A stretch of 64,000 bases of DNA from Candidatus Zixiibacteriota bacterium. Lineage in GTDB: Bacteria; Zixibacteria; MSB-5A5; JAABVY01. A program made the position numbers and the translations under genes. The notes under the pieces are model-generated. The model saw only the letters and a list, made by a program, of their open reading frames with translations, made no database searches and had not been told where the DNA came from. The stretch's first letter is position 1. Each line of letters opens with the position of its first letter. Below, in pieces: positions 19,257-28,833 of this stretch. The stretch covers positions 3,736 to 67,735 of the forward strand of contig DSEQ01000025.1 of assembly GCA_011056555.1 (NCBI GenBank). The letters are read 5' to 3'.

Positions 19257-20363
19257 ATGAGTAATCCGAAAATGATTGTAAATTCATCAAATCTGCGAAC
19301 AATTTGTATCCTGACCATATCGATTTCAATAATTCTTTCAGCTGCTGCCTTATGCCAGCAGACCGGCGGGGAGAAACTGATTATAGGCACCAAACCGACC
19401 GCTCCATTCGCCATGAAAGCCGAGGATGGTTCATGGTATGGCATCAGTATCGAGCTCTGGCGCACGATTGCCTCGGATCTGGAGCTTGAATATGTGTTCG
19501 AGGAGCGTGATTTGCAGGGATTGCTGGAGGGACTCGAGGACGGCTCCCTCGATCTGGTGGTCTCGGCCCTCACCATAAATTCCGAGCGCGAGGAAAAATT
19601 CGATTTCTCTCATCCCTTCTACAGCGCCGGTCTGACGATAGCATCATCTGCATCGGGAGGGGCCAGCTTTCTCAATGTCGCCCAGGGGCTTCTTTCCTCC
19701 CAGTTCATCCGGGTGGTAGCCATACTGGTCTTCATACTGCTTGTCACCGGTTTTTTGGTGTGGGCCTTTGAACGAAAACGCAACGCTGAACAATTCGGCG
19801 GAGGAATCGGAAAAGGTATCGGTTCCGGATTCTGGTGGTCAGCAGTTACCATGACCACCGTAGGTTATGGAGACAAGGCGCCCAAAACTTTCGGCGGGCG
19901 GATTGTGGCCCTGATCTGGATGTTTGCCGCTATCATTATCATATCCAGTCTTACGGCAGCTATTGCCTCGGCCCTGACGGTCTCTAAACTCGAGGCCAGG
20001 ATAAGCGGACCGGAGGATTTGCCCCGGGTGGAGGTGGGTACGATTGCCAGTTCCACCAGCGAGAAATATCTTCAGAATAATAAGATTAACTTCAGCACTT
20101 ATGATAGTCCCGGAGACGGCCTTAAAGCAGTGGCCCAGGGGGAGATAGATGCCTTCGTTTATGACGCGCCAATTCTCAGATATTTGATTAACAATAACTT
20201 CAAGGGTAAGCTGAAAACCCTGCCATCGACTTTCTTGCACCAGGATTACGGCATCGCTCTTTCAAACGGGAGGCCACTACGAGAAGCGATAAATATTGTC
20301 CTCTTGCGCGAAATCGCCCGACCGGAATGGGAAAGCCTTCTCGATAGATATATGGGAAAATGA
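19257..20363 (+). CDS. GluR0-like prokaryotic ionotropic glutamate-receptor homolog: a ligand-gated K+ channel with a split periplasmic solute-binding (SBP_bac_3) domain
   Basis: Signal peptide; S1 lobe; M1; pore helix with K+ selectivity filter TTVGYGD; M2; S2 lobe. Architecture S1-M1-P-M2-S2 as in Synechocystis GluR0. RBS GGGGAGG. Confidence 0.7.
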   Translation: MSNPKMIVNSSNLRTICILTISISIILSAAALCQQTGGEKLIIGTKPTAPFAMKAEDGSWYGISIELWRTIASDLELEYVFEERDLQGLLEGLEDGSLDLVVSALTINSEREEKFDFSHPFYSAGLTIASSASGGASFLNVAQGLLSSQFIRVVAILVFILLVTGFLVWAFERKRNAEQFGGGIGKGIGSGFWWSAVTMTTVGYGDKAPKTFGGRIVALIWMFAAIIIISSLTAAIASALTVSKLEARISGPEDLPRVEVGTIASSTSEKYLQNNKINFSTYDSPGDGLKAVAQGEIDAFVYDAPILRYLINNNFKGKLKTLPSTFLHQDYGIALSNGRPLREAINIVLLREIARPEWESLLDRYMGK

Positions 20364-20466
20364 ATGTGCGGAATTCTGTATCGGGATTATCAATAATCAT
20401 AAGCGTCTTCCTTTCAACAAGTTAAAAAATTCCGACAAAAAGTGTAGAACTTTTTAATCCAGTTGT

Positions 20467-20482
20467 TGTTGAATATTCTACA
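20467..20482. promoter_or_regulatory. 16-bp near-perfect palindrome TGTtGAATATTCtACA upstream of the sensor-kinase/NtrC operon
   Basis: 33-48 nt upstream of the HK start. The same core recurs at 32833-32848. Confidence 0.45.
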
Positions 20483-20514
20483 TAATTGTTGATCCATATA
20501 CTAAAGATTAACCC

Positions 20515-21570
20515 ATGTTTAAAACCAATAAATTATACCTGGTACTTCTGATCGTCATCACGGCAGCGACACTTACGCTGCATTATTATGGCCTTCTGTT
20601 CGAAGGTGTCCTGGGACATTCGCATCTGATCCATGTCATCCATGCGCGTCTGTGCTACATACCGATTGTTCTTGGCGCGGTTTGGTTCGGACTGCGCGGG
20701 GGCATTACTACCGCTGTTGTTATTTCGATTTTCGCGGTTCTGTACATCCAGCTCAAGCCGGTAATCATTGCTGAAGATCTGATAAATGAATACACTGAGA
20801 TCGCATTTTATCTGGCGATCGGCGGCATGGCCGGAATTTTGGTCGACAGGGATCGTTCATTTGTGCGCAAGAAGGAAGAGGCTGAGAGAAAGCTCCAGCA
20901 GGCACAAAGGCTCTCCATGATGGGCCAGATGACCGCTTCCATTGCGCATGAGATCAAGAATCCGCTTGGGTCGATCAAGGGCGCCTCGCAGATTTTGAAG
21001 GATGATTCGCTTTCGGACGAAGAGAAGCATGAGTTTGCGGAAATGATAGAAAAGGAAGCCGACAGGCTCGATTTTGTGGTCAAGGATTTTCTGTCCTATG
21101 CCCGCCCATCCCCATCCAGGTTTTCTGAAATAGACCTGCGCGAAATTCTGAATTCGGCCTATAAACAGCTTAAATATCAGGCTCGTGACAGTAATATCGA
21201 AATAAATATGGATTTTGACGAGGTCCCCTCGATCAAGGCCGACCCCGACAAGCTGCGCCAGGTATTTCTCAACATATTGCTCAACTCATTTCAGGCTATG
21301 CCTGATGGAGGAAAAATCGAGATAAAGTGCCTTCACGATAACGGTGATGCCGTGATAATCATCAGAGATAATGGTATCGGTATCCCCGTGCAGGATCTGG
21401 ACAAAATATACGATCCGTTCTACACTACCAAGAGCCGCGGTTCAGGCCTGGGACTGGCAACTACAAAAGCAATTATCGAAGAGCACAACGGCGCCATCAA
21501 AGCCGACAGCGCCAGGGGTGAGGGCACAACATTCAAAATATCGCTGCCAATTGAAGGTGCGGAGCATTAA
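20515..21570 (+). CDS. sensor histidine kinase (membrane N-terminus with a His-rich segment, HisKA + HATPase_c)
   Basis: 3-4 N-terminal TM helices; H-box SIAHEIKNPLGSI; N/G1/G2 boxes. Its stop TAA overlaps the RR start (TAATATG). Confidence 0.85.
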   Translation: MFKTNKLYLVLLIVITAATLTLHYYGLLFEGVLGHSHLIHVIHARLCYIPIVLGAVWFGLRGGITTAVVISIFAVLYIQLKPVIIAEDLINEYTEIAFYLAIGGMAGILVDRDRSFVRKKEEAERKLQQAQRLSMMGQMTASIAHEIKNPLGSIKGASQILKDDSLSDEEKHEFAEMIEKEADRLDFVVKDFLSYARPSPSRFSEIDLREILNSAYKQLKYQARDSNIEINMDFDEVPSIKADPDKLRQVFLNILLNSFQAMPDGGKIEIKCLHDNGDAVIIIRDNGIGIPVQDLDKIYDPFYTTKSRGSGLGLATTKAIIEEHNGAIKADSARGEGTTFKISLPIEGAEH

Positions 21571-21571
21571 T

Positions 21572-22924
21572 ATGAATAATGAGAGAATACTGGTTGTGGA
21601 TGATGATGCCTCGCTCAGGAGGATTATCGAGTTCCACCTGAAAAAAAAAGGCTACAAACTAACTGCCCTGGAAACTGCGGAAGAGGCCGTTAAGCATCTC
21701 AAAAAATCCAACTTCGAGCTTCTGATATCCGACATCAAAATGTCGGGTATGGACGGCCTGGATTTACTGCAGATAGCGCAGGAAATAAAGCCCGATCTGC
21801 CCGTGATTTTCATCACAGCCTTCGGGACTATTGAGATGGCGGTGGAGGCCATGAAGCTGGGAGCCTATGACTATATCACCAAGCCCTTTGATCTGGATGA
21901 TTTCATGCATACGGTGGAAAAAGCTCTGGACTATCACAGGCTTCTGGATGAAAACCTCAGGCTCAAGAAAGAGCTCAAGAACAGGGATTCATTTTCCAAT
22001 ATTATTGCCGCCTCAAAGCCGATGGAGGAAATTTTTAACAGCGTCAGGAAGGTGGCCAACACCGACACAACAGTGCTCATAACGGGTGAGTCGGGCACCG
22101 GTAAGGAGCTGATCGCCAGGGCCATACACCGGGAGAGCGAACGTTCCGACAATCCCATGATAACGGTCAATTGCGCCGCAATTCCCCGGGACCTTTTGGA
22201 GAGCGAACTGTTCGGCCATGTCGCCGGAGCATTTACCGGTGCGGTCAAGAACAAGACCGGTAAGTTTCAATTGGCTGACGGGGGAACGATCTTCCTGGAT
22301 GAGATCGGCGACCTTAGCATGGAACTGCAGGCCAAGCTCTTGCGAGTACTGGAAAATAGAGTGGTTGAACCGGTTGGATCGAATGAGTCCACGCCGGTAG
22401 ACATAAGGGTACTGGCGGCAACCAATCAAGACCTTAATAAAAAACTGAAAGCGGGTGAATTCAGGGAAGATCTGTTTTACCGTCTCAATGTCATTCCGAT
22501 CAATATTCCTCCCCTGCGCGAGCGCCGGGAAGATATTCCCCTCCTGGTGAAACACTTTCTCAACGAATACTCCGACAGTAAGAGACTATCCATTGATCCG
22601 AAAGCTCTCAAGGAATTAAGCGAGTATGACTGGCCCGGTAATGTGCGTGAATTAAAAAACCTGTTGAAGAGAATCGCTGTGCTGGCTGAGAACAGCAAGA
22701 TCATGCCTTCCGATCTTCCGCCTGAGATAAAATCAGAAGGCAGCCGGAAAACCGGCGAAGACAGAGCCGGTAACAATTCCCTGCAGGAAACTGAAAAAAA
22801 TGCGATAGTAGATGCTTTAAGGAAGACGGGATGGAACCAGACGCGGGCTGCCAAACGCCTGCAGATACCCCGACATATATTGATCTACCGCATGAAGAAG
22901 TACGGCATCAGAGAAGAAGAATAG
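21572..22924 (+). CDS. sigma54-dependent response regulator, NtrC/ZraR/AtoC family (REC + AAA+ sigma54-activator + Fis-type HTH)
   Basis: REC with phospho-acceptor Asp; Walker A GESGTGKE; GAFTGA motif (GHVAGAFTGA); C-terminal HTH (QTRAAKRLQIPRHILIYRMKK). Confidence 0.9.
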   Translation: MNNERILVVDDDASLRRIIEFHLKKKGYKLTALETAEEAVKHLKKSNFELLISDIKMSGMDGLDLLQIAQEIKPDLPVIFITAFGTIEMAVEAMKLGAYDYITKPFDLDDFMHTVEKALDYHRLLDENLRLKKELKNRDSFSNIIAASKPMEEIFNSVRKVANTDTTVLITGESGTGKELIARAIHRESERSDNPMITVNCAAIPRDLLESELFGHVAGAFTGAVKNKTGKFQLADGGTIFLDEIGDLSMELQAKLLRVLENRVVEPVGSNESTPVDIRVLAATNQDLNKKLKAGEFREDLFYRLNVIPINIPPLRERREDIPLLVKHFLNEYSDSKRLSIDPKALKELSEYDWPGNVRELKNLLKRIAVLAENSKIMPSDLPPEIKSEGSRKTGEDRAGNNSLQETEKNAIVDALRKTGWNQTRAAKRLQIPRHILIYRMKKYGIREEE

Positions 22925-22945
22925 AAAACCTGAGCCGATCTACGG

Positions 22946-23485
22946 TTACTTCAGATGAATCATTTTCCCGATAGTGTAGTAATTGTCGGCGGCAAAAATG
23001 TAGAAGTAGACGCCGCTGGAGAGAGATGCGCCGTCCTCGTTGCGACCGTTCCAAGTAACCTCGTAATCGCCCGGAAAATCAATCTCATCTTTAATGATTC
23101 TAACCTTCTGGCCAAAAATATTATAGACCGCAATATAGACGTAGGCCTCTACCGGAAGGCTGTATTTGATCACGGTGCTTGAATTGAAGGGATTGGGATA
23201 ATTTTGCGGCAGAAGAATTTGGAAGTCCTCGTTTTCTTTTGCCGCTTTCTCGGCCAGTTTTTCTGCCAGTTCCTCGGGGCTGACTTGTTCAAATTCGCCG
23301 TTACCGGAGTTTCGCGAATAGACCTGGAACGGTTTTTCAGCATCAGTTGAAATCTCAACTCTCTCGGCCTGCTCCTCGGCCTCTTCTATTTTCTCCGCCG
23401 GGCGATCGGGGTCCTCCCTGGAGAAGACATTATTGGAGATGCCCATAAAAATTAGAGTTAAAACTAAATGCACCATTACTTTCAT
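22946..23485 (-). CDS. small secreted acidic protein with a T9SS C-terminal sorting domain
   Basis: Signal peptide; C-terminal PQNYPNPFNSSTVIKYSLP...VYNIFGQKV...GVYFY CTD. Confidence 0.6.
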   Translation of the reverse strand: MKVMVHLVLTLIFMGISNNVFSREDPDRPAEKIEEAEEQAERVEISTDAEKPFQVYSRNSGNGEFEQVSPEELAEKLAEKAAKENEDFQILLPQNYPNPFNSSTVIKYSLPVEAYVYIAVYNIFGQKVRIIKDEIDFPGDYEVTWNGRNEDGASLSSGVYFYIFAADNYYTIGKMIHLK

Positions 23486-23602
23486 TATTAACTCCTGGTG
23501 CCGTGTTGATTATCTATTATAATTTAAGATTTTCCGAGCCAAAAACAACAGCAAATGACTGTTAAGAAAAATCCTGCCGTTTACATAATTCGGCCCTTTA
23601 TG

Positions 23603-24154
23603 CTACCATGAATCAGGGCTCAATGCTGGACGGCTTTCGGTATGAAAATGATAATAATGATAACCTTCATCCTCATGACCCATATGCATGCCCCTGCCGT
23701 CATGGCCCATGATACCATTCTCATTGAACATGATCATGTAATCGGTTCCATAATGCAGAGCGGAATCGGGCATGAATTCGCAGCTATCGAGATTTTCGTT
23801 CCAGTTAAACCTTCCGCCCCATTCAATTGAATCAATCCAGACCATCATATGGTTTCTGCGGATCATATTCATATGTCCCATTCCACCGTAGTGATCAAGT
23901 GAATCCATCCACTCATGCATCGGTTCTCCGCCGGAAAAATAGCTGTACAAGCGCACAGACTGTGTATCCATTGGCATATTGAATGCCATATGCAGTGATG
24001 TTTCGGTTGATACTGAGGACGCTCCGTCAGCCGGGATTATGCGCAGCAGTTCCGGATCCAGATTCGAGCTTTCCCCCGGTGAATCGTCGTTGCATGAGAT
24101 TAAGAGCAAAAATAAAATGGCCAGACCCCCCATAATAAGCGTTGCGTTTTTCAT
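23603..24154 (-). CDS. His/Met-rich lipoprotein, CopC-like putative periplasmic copper-binding protein
   Basis: Lipobox LISC; an Ig-like CopC-type N-terminal segment (LRIIPADGASSVSTETSLHMAFNMPMD); Met/His clusters (MGHMNM, MHMGHEDEGYHYYHFH). Sits in the copper island. Confidence 0.45.
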   Translation of the reverse strand: MKNATLIMGGLAILFLLLISCNDDSPGESSNLDPELLRIIPADGASSVSTETSLHMAFNMPMDTQSVRLYSYFSGGEPMHEWMDSLDHYGGMGHMNMIRRNHMMVWIDSIEWGGRFNWNENLDSCEFMPDSALHYGTDYMIMFNENGIMGHDGRGMHMGHEDEGYHYYHFHTESRPALSPDSW

Positions 24155-24203
24155 AAGTCTCTCCTGTGCTTATTCTTAGCTCGAGAACACCCGTGATCGA
24201 GCT

Positions 24204-24422
24204 TCAGCTTATTAGATCTTTTTTCTTCTCGTCATATTCTTCTTTGGAGATCTCGCCGGAAGCATAGCGTCGTTTCAGAACCTCCATTGCTGACGGTTCC
24301 TGTGATCGAGAAGAAGTTCTGTCGACCGTAAATTTTATCAGGAACACTATACCGATAACCACCAGGACCCAAAATATTATCATCCAGAGACCTCCGTAAG
24401 CCATATGATCATATCCGAACAT
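24204..24422 (-). CDS. SHOCT-domain small membrane protein
   Basis: One TM helix followed by the C-terminal SHOCT motif EVLKRRYASGEISKEEYDEKKKDL. Confidence 0.6.
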   Translation of the reverse strand: MFGYDHMAYGGLWMIIFWVLVVIGIVFLIKFTVDRTSSRSQEPSAMEVLKRRYASGEISKEEYDEKKKDLIS

Positions 24423-24505
24423 GCTGCACCGCCCTTGATTCTAAGCGGGCAGGCTCGAAAGTCGAATGTCGGCCTGCCCGGACATACATTTCGTTATGCT
24501 TCAAC

Positions 24506-24928
24506 TTAGTTAGAATCCTCCTTTTTGTTTTCGCCAGATTCCATCTGCATCTTTTTCTGCTCGGACATCTGGCCACCCATCATCTGCATCATTTTCTGTC
24601 CCATTTGGCTATGATCAGCCATCATCTGATGCATATTCTGCATCATATCCCGATGCTGGACCATCTCGTCCCTGAGTTCTGTGCAGTCTTCCATATCCAT
24701 CATGGTATTGAAGTGCTGCTCCATTTTTTCGAAATTAGTCATCATGGTTTCAGACTGATGGACCATGTTTTTCATCATGTTTTGCTGGCTCATCATCATG
24801 GAATCATCGGACATCATCATATGCTGTCCCTTATCGTCGCCGCGCATCTCCTGCTGGGCGGTTGCAAATGCGAACAGCATCAAGAGCGCCACCCCCAGAA
24901 ATATGCCAAAAGTAAACTGCCGTTTCAT
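24506..24928 (-). CDS. secreted methionine-rich protein (about 22% Met), putative periplasmic Cu(I)/Ag(I)-binding protein
   Basis: Signal peptide, then Q/D/M-rich repeats (HMMMSDDSMMMSQQNMMKNM...). Strong RBS AAAGGAGG. Adjacent to cusA. Confidence 0.6.
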   Translation of the reverse strand: MKRQFTFGIFLGVALLMLFAFATAQQEMRGDDKGQHMMMSDDSMMMSQQNMMKNMVHQSETMMTNFEKMEQHFNTMMDMEDCTELRDEMVQHRDMMQNMHQMMADHSQMGQKMMQMMGGQMSEQKKMQMESGENKKEDSN

Positions 24929-25043
24929 CGTATCCTCCTTTTTTGGATTGGTTCAAAGCTTTGTGCTGCAAGCTTTGATATAAACTGTTTTCTGCTCGTT
25001 AGGTAAAACAAAAGAAACCGCTCCCTCGTTCCGCCTAAATAAT

Positions 25044-28000
25044 TCAGGAGGATTTGTCAGCTTTCAATGTTTTTCTCATTTTTTGTTCTGCGATAGCGCT
25101 GTACAATACCGGTACCACAAACACTGTTATCAGGACTACAGTCATTCCGCCGAATGACGGTATCGCCATCGGAACCATAATATCCGAGCCTTTGCCGGTT
25201 GAAGTCAGGACAGGTATCAGCGCAAGGATAGTAGTACCCGCGGTCATCAATGCCGGACGGATTCTGCGCCTGGCCGCCTCCACAGTGGCCTCACGGATTT
25301 CCCCGACCGTCACAGGCTTTCTTCTGTCAAAAACCTGCCGCAGATAGGTTGCAACTATAACGCCGTTATCGGTGGCGATTCCGAACAGAGCCAGAAACCC
25401 CACCCATACCGCAACCGAAAGGTTGTATTGCCGAACCTGGAAGAGCTCGCGGAAATCGACTCCGAAGAGCGAGAAGTTCAGGAACCATCCCTGGCCGTAA
25501 AACCAGAGCATCAAAAACCCGCCGGCCCAGGCCACAAAAATACCCGAGAAAACCAGAAGCGTGGTGGGCACATTCTTAAACTGAAAATAGAGTATTAAAA
25601 AGATGATCAGCAGGGATAATGGAAGTACAACAATAAGTTTCTTTTCAGCCCTGACCTGATTCTCATAACTGCCGGCAAAGCTGTAGCTTACCCCGGCAGG
25701 AATATCGAAATCGCCTTTATTGATTTTTGATTTCAGATAATTATCGGCCGCCTGTACCACCTCGACCTCGGCATAATTCGGCTTCTTATCGAATATCACA
25801 TATCCGACGAGAAATGTATCCTCAGACTTTATGACCATCGGGCCCCTGCGAAATTCTATCTCGGCTAATTCCTTCAATGGTATCTGGGTACCGTCAGCCG
25901 CCGGAACAAGAATATCGCCCAGACTTTCCAGTGTATTTCTCAGCTCCCGAGGATAGCGCACTCGTACCGGATAACGCTCGCGGCCTTCCACTGTGGTGGT
26001 CAGACGTTTTCCTCCGACTGCAACCTCTATGATGTCCTGTATCTTTCTTATATGTATGCCATAGCGGGCAATCTTATGCCGGTCGATATCTATTTCCAGA
26101 TAAGGCTTGCCGACAATTCTATCGGCGATGACCGAAGCCGGTTCCACCTGCGGCACCTCTTTCAGATATTTTTCGATTTGATAACCGACCTGCTCGATCG
26201 TCTCCAGGTCGGGACCTTTGACTTTGACTCCCATCGGAGCGCGCATGCCCGACTGCAGCATCACTATGCGCGTGGCAATAGGCTGGAGTTTCGGGGCCGA
26301 GGTTGTACCCGGTAATTTGCCCGCCTTGATAATTTCATCCCAGATGTCATCGGGACTGTTAATATGATCGCGCCACTGACGATACGGTCTGCCGTCATCG
26401 TCGGGTATAAGCTCGCCCTTTTCATCCCGCACAAATTCATCCTTTTCGCGATCATATTTGAATTTCAAGACCTTACCGTCCTTGTTGGTCCTGTATTCCG
26501 ACTTATAATTTATGATCGTTTCAATCATGGAAATCGGGGCCGGATCAAGGGGCGAATCGACCCGTCCGATCTTTCCAACCACATTCTCAACTTCAGGGAT
26601 GGCATTAAAAGCCTTGTCCTGCAACTGGAGTACCTCCAGTGCCTCGCCTATCGAGGCATGCGGCATGGTGGTGGGCATGTACAGAAACGATCCCTCGTCC
26701 AGATCGGGCATGAATTCTTTGCCCAGTCCCGGGAATGTATGGTTAAGCGATGTATATACCTGCGTGGATCTCACAAAATCAGGCATGAAACCGAAGATTT
26801 TATTGAATCCGAGCCAGATTGAAATCCCCAAAAAGACCAGAAGTGTCGGGACCGCAAGAAAGAGCAGCTTATGTTCGAGACACCATCTCAGCACCGGTTC
26901 ATAAATTCTCATCAATCCTATAAAGAGCAACAAGATTCCGCCAATTAAGATAATAACGAATATTAAATTCAGCAGGAATCCATTGCCAATGCCCAGAGGC
27001 ATCCAGTGATGGGCCAGAAATACTCCCACTACCAGCACTATCAAGTAATTGACATAGCGCGGGATTAATGACTGCACTTCCTGCGGGATATATTTTTTGA
27101 ATTGCAGATAGGCCGCAATCAAAACAAGCGCGATTCCGGCCAGCCACAATGACCAGAAGACCGCAATAAACGCTCCCGCCAGGAATATCCCGATCGGCAG
27201 TATGCTTTTAAACCTGGATAATTTTGCCTTGCGGGTGAATAGTAAATCTGCGAAGGGAGGTATAATTGTCAGGGCCACTATGACCGAAGCTACCAGTGCA
27301 AATGTCTTTGTATATGCCAGCGGCTTGAACAGCTTGCCCTCAGCGGCAACCATCGTGAACACCGGAAGAAACGAAATTACAGTGGTTAAGATAGCGGTCA
27401 GTACTGCGCCCCCGACTTCGGATGAGGCAGCGAATATAACATCCCGTTTATTTGCGTCAGGCGGGGCCTTCTCGAGGTGCCTGAGTATGTTCTCACAAAT
27501 AATCACCCCCATATCTACAATTGTACCGATGGCAATTGCAATACCCGAGAGCGCAACAATATTGGCATCCACTCCAAAAAGTTTCATACCGATGAACACC
27601 ATCAGGACTGTGATTGGCAGCAGCCCGGAGATCAGCAGGGAACTTCGTATGTGCATCAATATTACGATCACCACAATGATGGTTACAAGGATTTCATCCA
27701 CCAGGGCAGTATTCAATGTCCCCAATGTCTCATAGATGAGGCCGGTACGGTCGTAGAACGGCACTATTGTAACCTGGGTCTCGGTACCGTCAGAAAGGAC
27801 TTTCCTGGGAAGCCCGGGAGCGATCTCCTCGATTTTTTCTTTCACATGATTTATTGTCGCCAGCGGATTTTCTCCGTAACGAACAACCACTACACCGCCC
27901 ACAGCCTCTGCCCCGCCCTTATCCAGCGCGCCGCGCCTCATTGCCGGACCCAGAGACACAGTGGCAACATCCTGAATCCGGATGGGGACGTTTTCACGTT

Positions 28001-28823
28001 CGAGGATCACGGAACTTCGGATATCATCCAGACTTTCGATAAAACCAAGTCCGCGGATGACATATTCAACCCGATTTATCTCGATCGTCTTAGCCCCCAC
28101 GTCGACATTGGACATCCTGACCGCATTGAAGACATCGGTGAGTTTAATGTTGTGGGCCTTCAAAGCGCTGGGATCGACATCTATCTGATATTCCTGCACA
28201 TAACCGCCTATCGAGGCCACCTCGGAGACACCATCAGCCGACTGCAGGGCGTAACGAACGATGTAATCCTGGATCGATCTCAATTCATGCAGATCCCATC
28301 CACCTGTTGGATTACCGTCTTTGTCGCGGCCCTCGAGGGTGTACCAGAAGACCTGTCCTAATGCAGTCGCATCCGGCCCAAGCGAGGGCTGCACTCCTTC
28401 CGGCAGTGTACCGGTCGGGAGGGAATTCAGTTTCTCCAGCACACGCGAGCGTGACCAGTAGAACTCGACATCCTCCTTGAAGATCACATAGATGGTCGAA
28501 AATCCGAGATAGGAATAACTGCGGATTGTCTTGACACCAGGTATGCCCAGCAGCGAGACCGTCAATGGATATGTAATCTGGTCCTCAACATCCTGGGGTG
28601 AACGTCCCATCCACTCGGTAAAGACAATCTGCTGATTCTCGCCAATATCCGGAATAGCATCGACCGGAACAGGTTCACGCGGCAGATTGCCCAGATCCCA
28701 GTCAAAGGGAGCGACCATAATACCCCAGCCGATCACCATTATTGTCAGCACGGATACGACCAGCTTGTTGTCCAGGCAGTAGCGTATTATTTTATCGAGA
28801 ATAGAATGATTTCTGTTATTCAA
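25044..28823 (-). CDS. cusA: heavy-metal efflux RND permease, CusA/CzcA family (1259 aa, with an extra ~150-aa periplasmic insertion)
   Basis: 12-TM RND topology with HME-family conserved regions (N-terminal MLNKIIRYCL..-like). Length exceeds the ~1040-aa typical CusA because of an insertion around KSEYRTNKDGKVL... Confidence 0.9.
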   Translation of the reverse strand: MNNRNHSILDKIIRYCLDNKLVVSVLTIMVIGWGIMVAPFDWDLGNLPREPVPVDAIPDIGENQQIVFTEWMGRSPQDVEDQITYPLTVSLLGIPGVKTIRSYSYLGFSTIYVIFKEDVEFYWSRSRVLEKLNSLPTGTLPEGVQPSLGPDATALGQVFWYTLEGRDKDGNPTGGWDLHELRSIQDYIVRYALQSADGVSEVASIGGYVQEYQIDVDPSALKAHNIKLTDVFNAVRMSNVDVGAKTIEINRVEYVIRGLGFIESLDDIRSSVILERENVPIRIQDVATVSLGPAMRRGALDKGGAEAVGGVVVVRYGENPLATINHVKEKIEEIAPGLPRKVLSDGTETQVTIVPFYDRTGLIYETLGTLNTALVDEILVTIIVVIVILMHIRSSLLISGLLPITVLMVFIGMKLFGVDANIVALSGIAIAIGTIVDMGVIICENILRHLEKAPPDANKRDVIFAASSEVGGAVLTAILTTVISFLPVFTMVAAEGKLFKPLAYTKTFALVASVIVALTIIPPFADLLFTRKAKLSRFKSILPIGIFLAGAFIAVFWSLWLAGIALVLIAAYLQFKKYIPQEVQSLIPRYVNYLIVLVVGVFLAHHWMPLGIGNGFLLNLIFVIILIGGILLLFIGLMRIYEPVLRWCLEHKLLFLAVPTLLVFLGISIWLGFNKIFGFMPDFVRSTQVYTSLNHTFPGLGKEFMPDLDEGSFLYMPTTMPHASIGEALEVLQLQDKAFNAIPEVENVVGKIGRVDSPLDPAPISMIETIINYKSEYRTNKDGKVLKFKYDREKDEFVRDEKGELIPDDDGRPYRQWRDHINSPDDIWDEIIKAGKLPGTTSAPKLQPIATRIVMLQSGMRAPMGVKVKGPDLETIEQVGYQIEKYLKEVPQVEPASVIADRIVGKPYLEIDIDRHKIARYGIHIRKIQDIIEVAVGGKRLTTTVEGRERYPVRVRYPRELRNTLESLGDILVPAADGTQIPLKELAEIEFRRGPMVIKSEDTFLVGYVIFDKKPNYAEVEVVQAADNYLKSKINKGDFDIPAGVSYSFAGSYENQVRAEKKLIVVLPLSLLIIFLILYFQFKNVPTTLLVFSGIFVAWAGGFLMLWFYGQGWFLNFSLFGVDFRELFQVRQYNLSVAVWVGFLALFGIATDNGVIVATYLRQVFDRRKPVTVGEIREATVEAARRRIRPALMTAGTTILALIPVLTSTGKGSDIMVPMAIPSFGGMTVVLITVFVVPVLYSAIAEQKMRKTLKADKSS

Positions 28824-28833
28824 ATCAGCCCTC

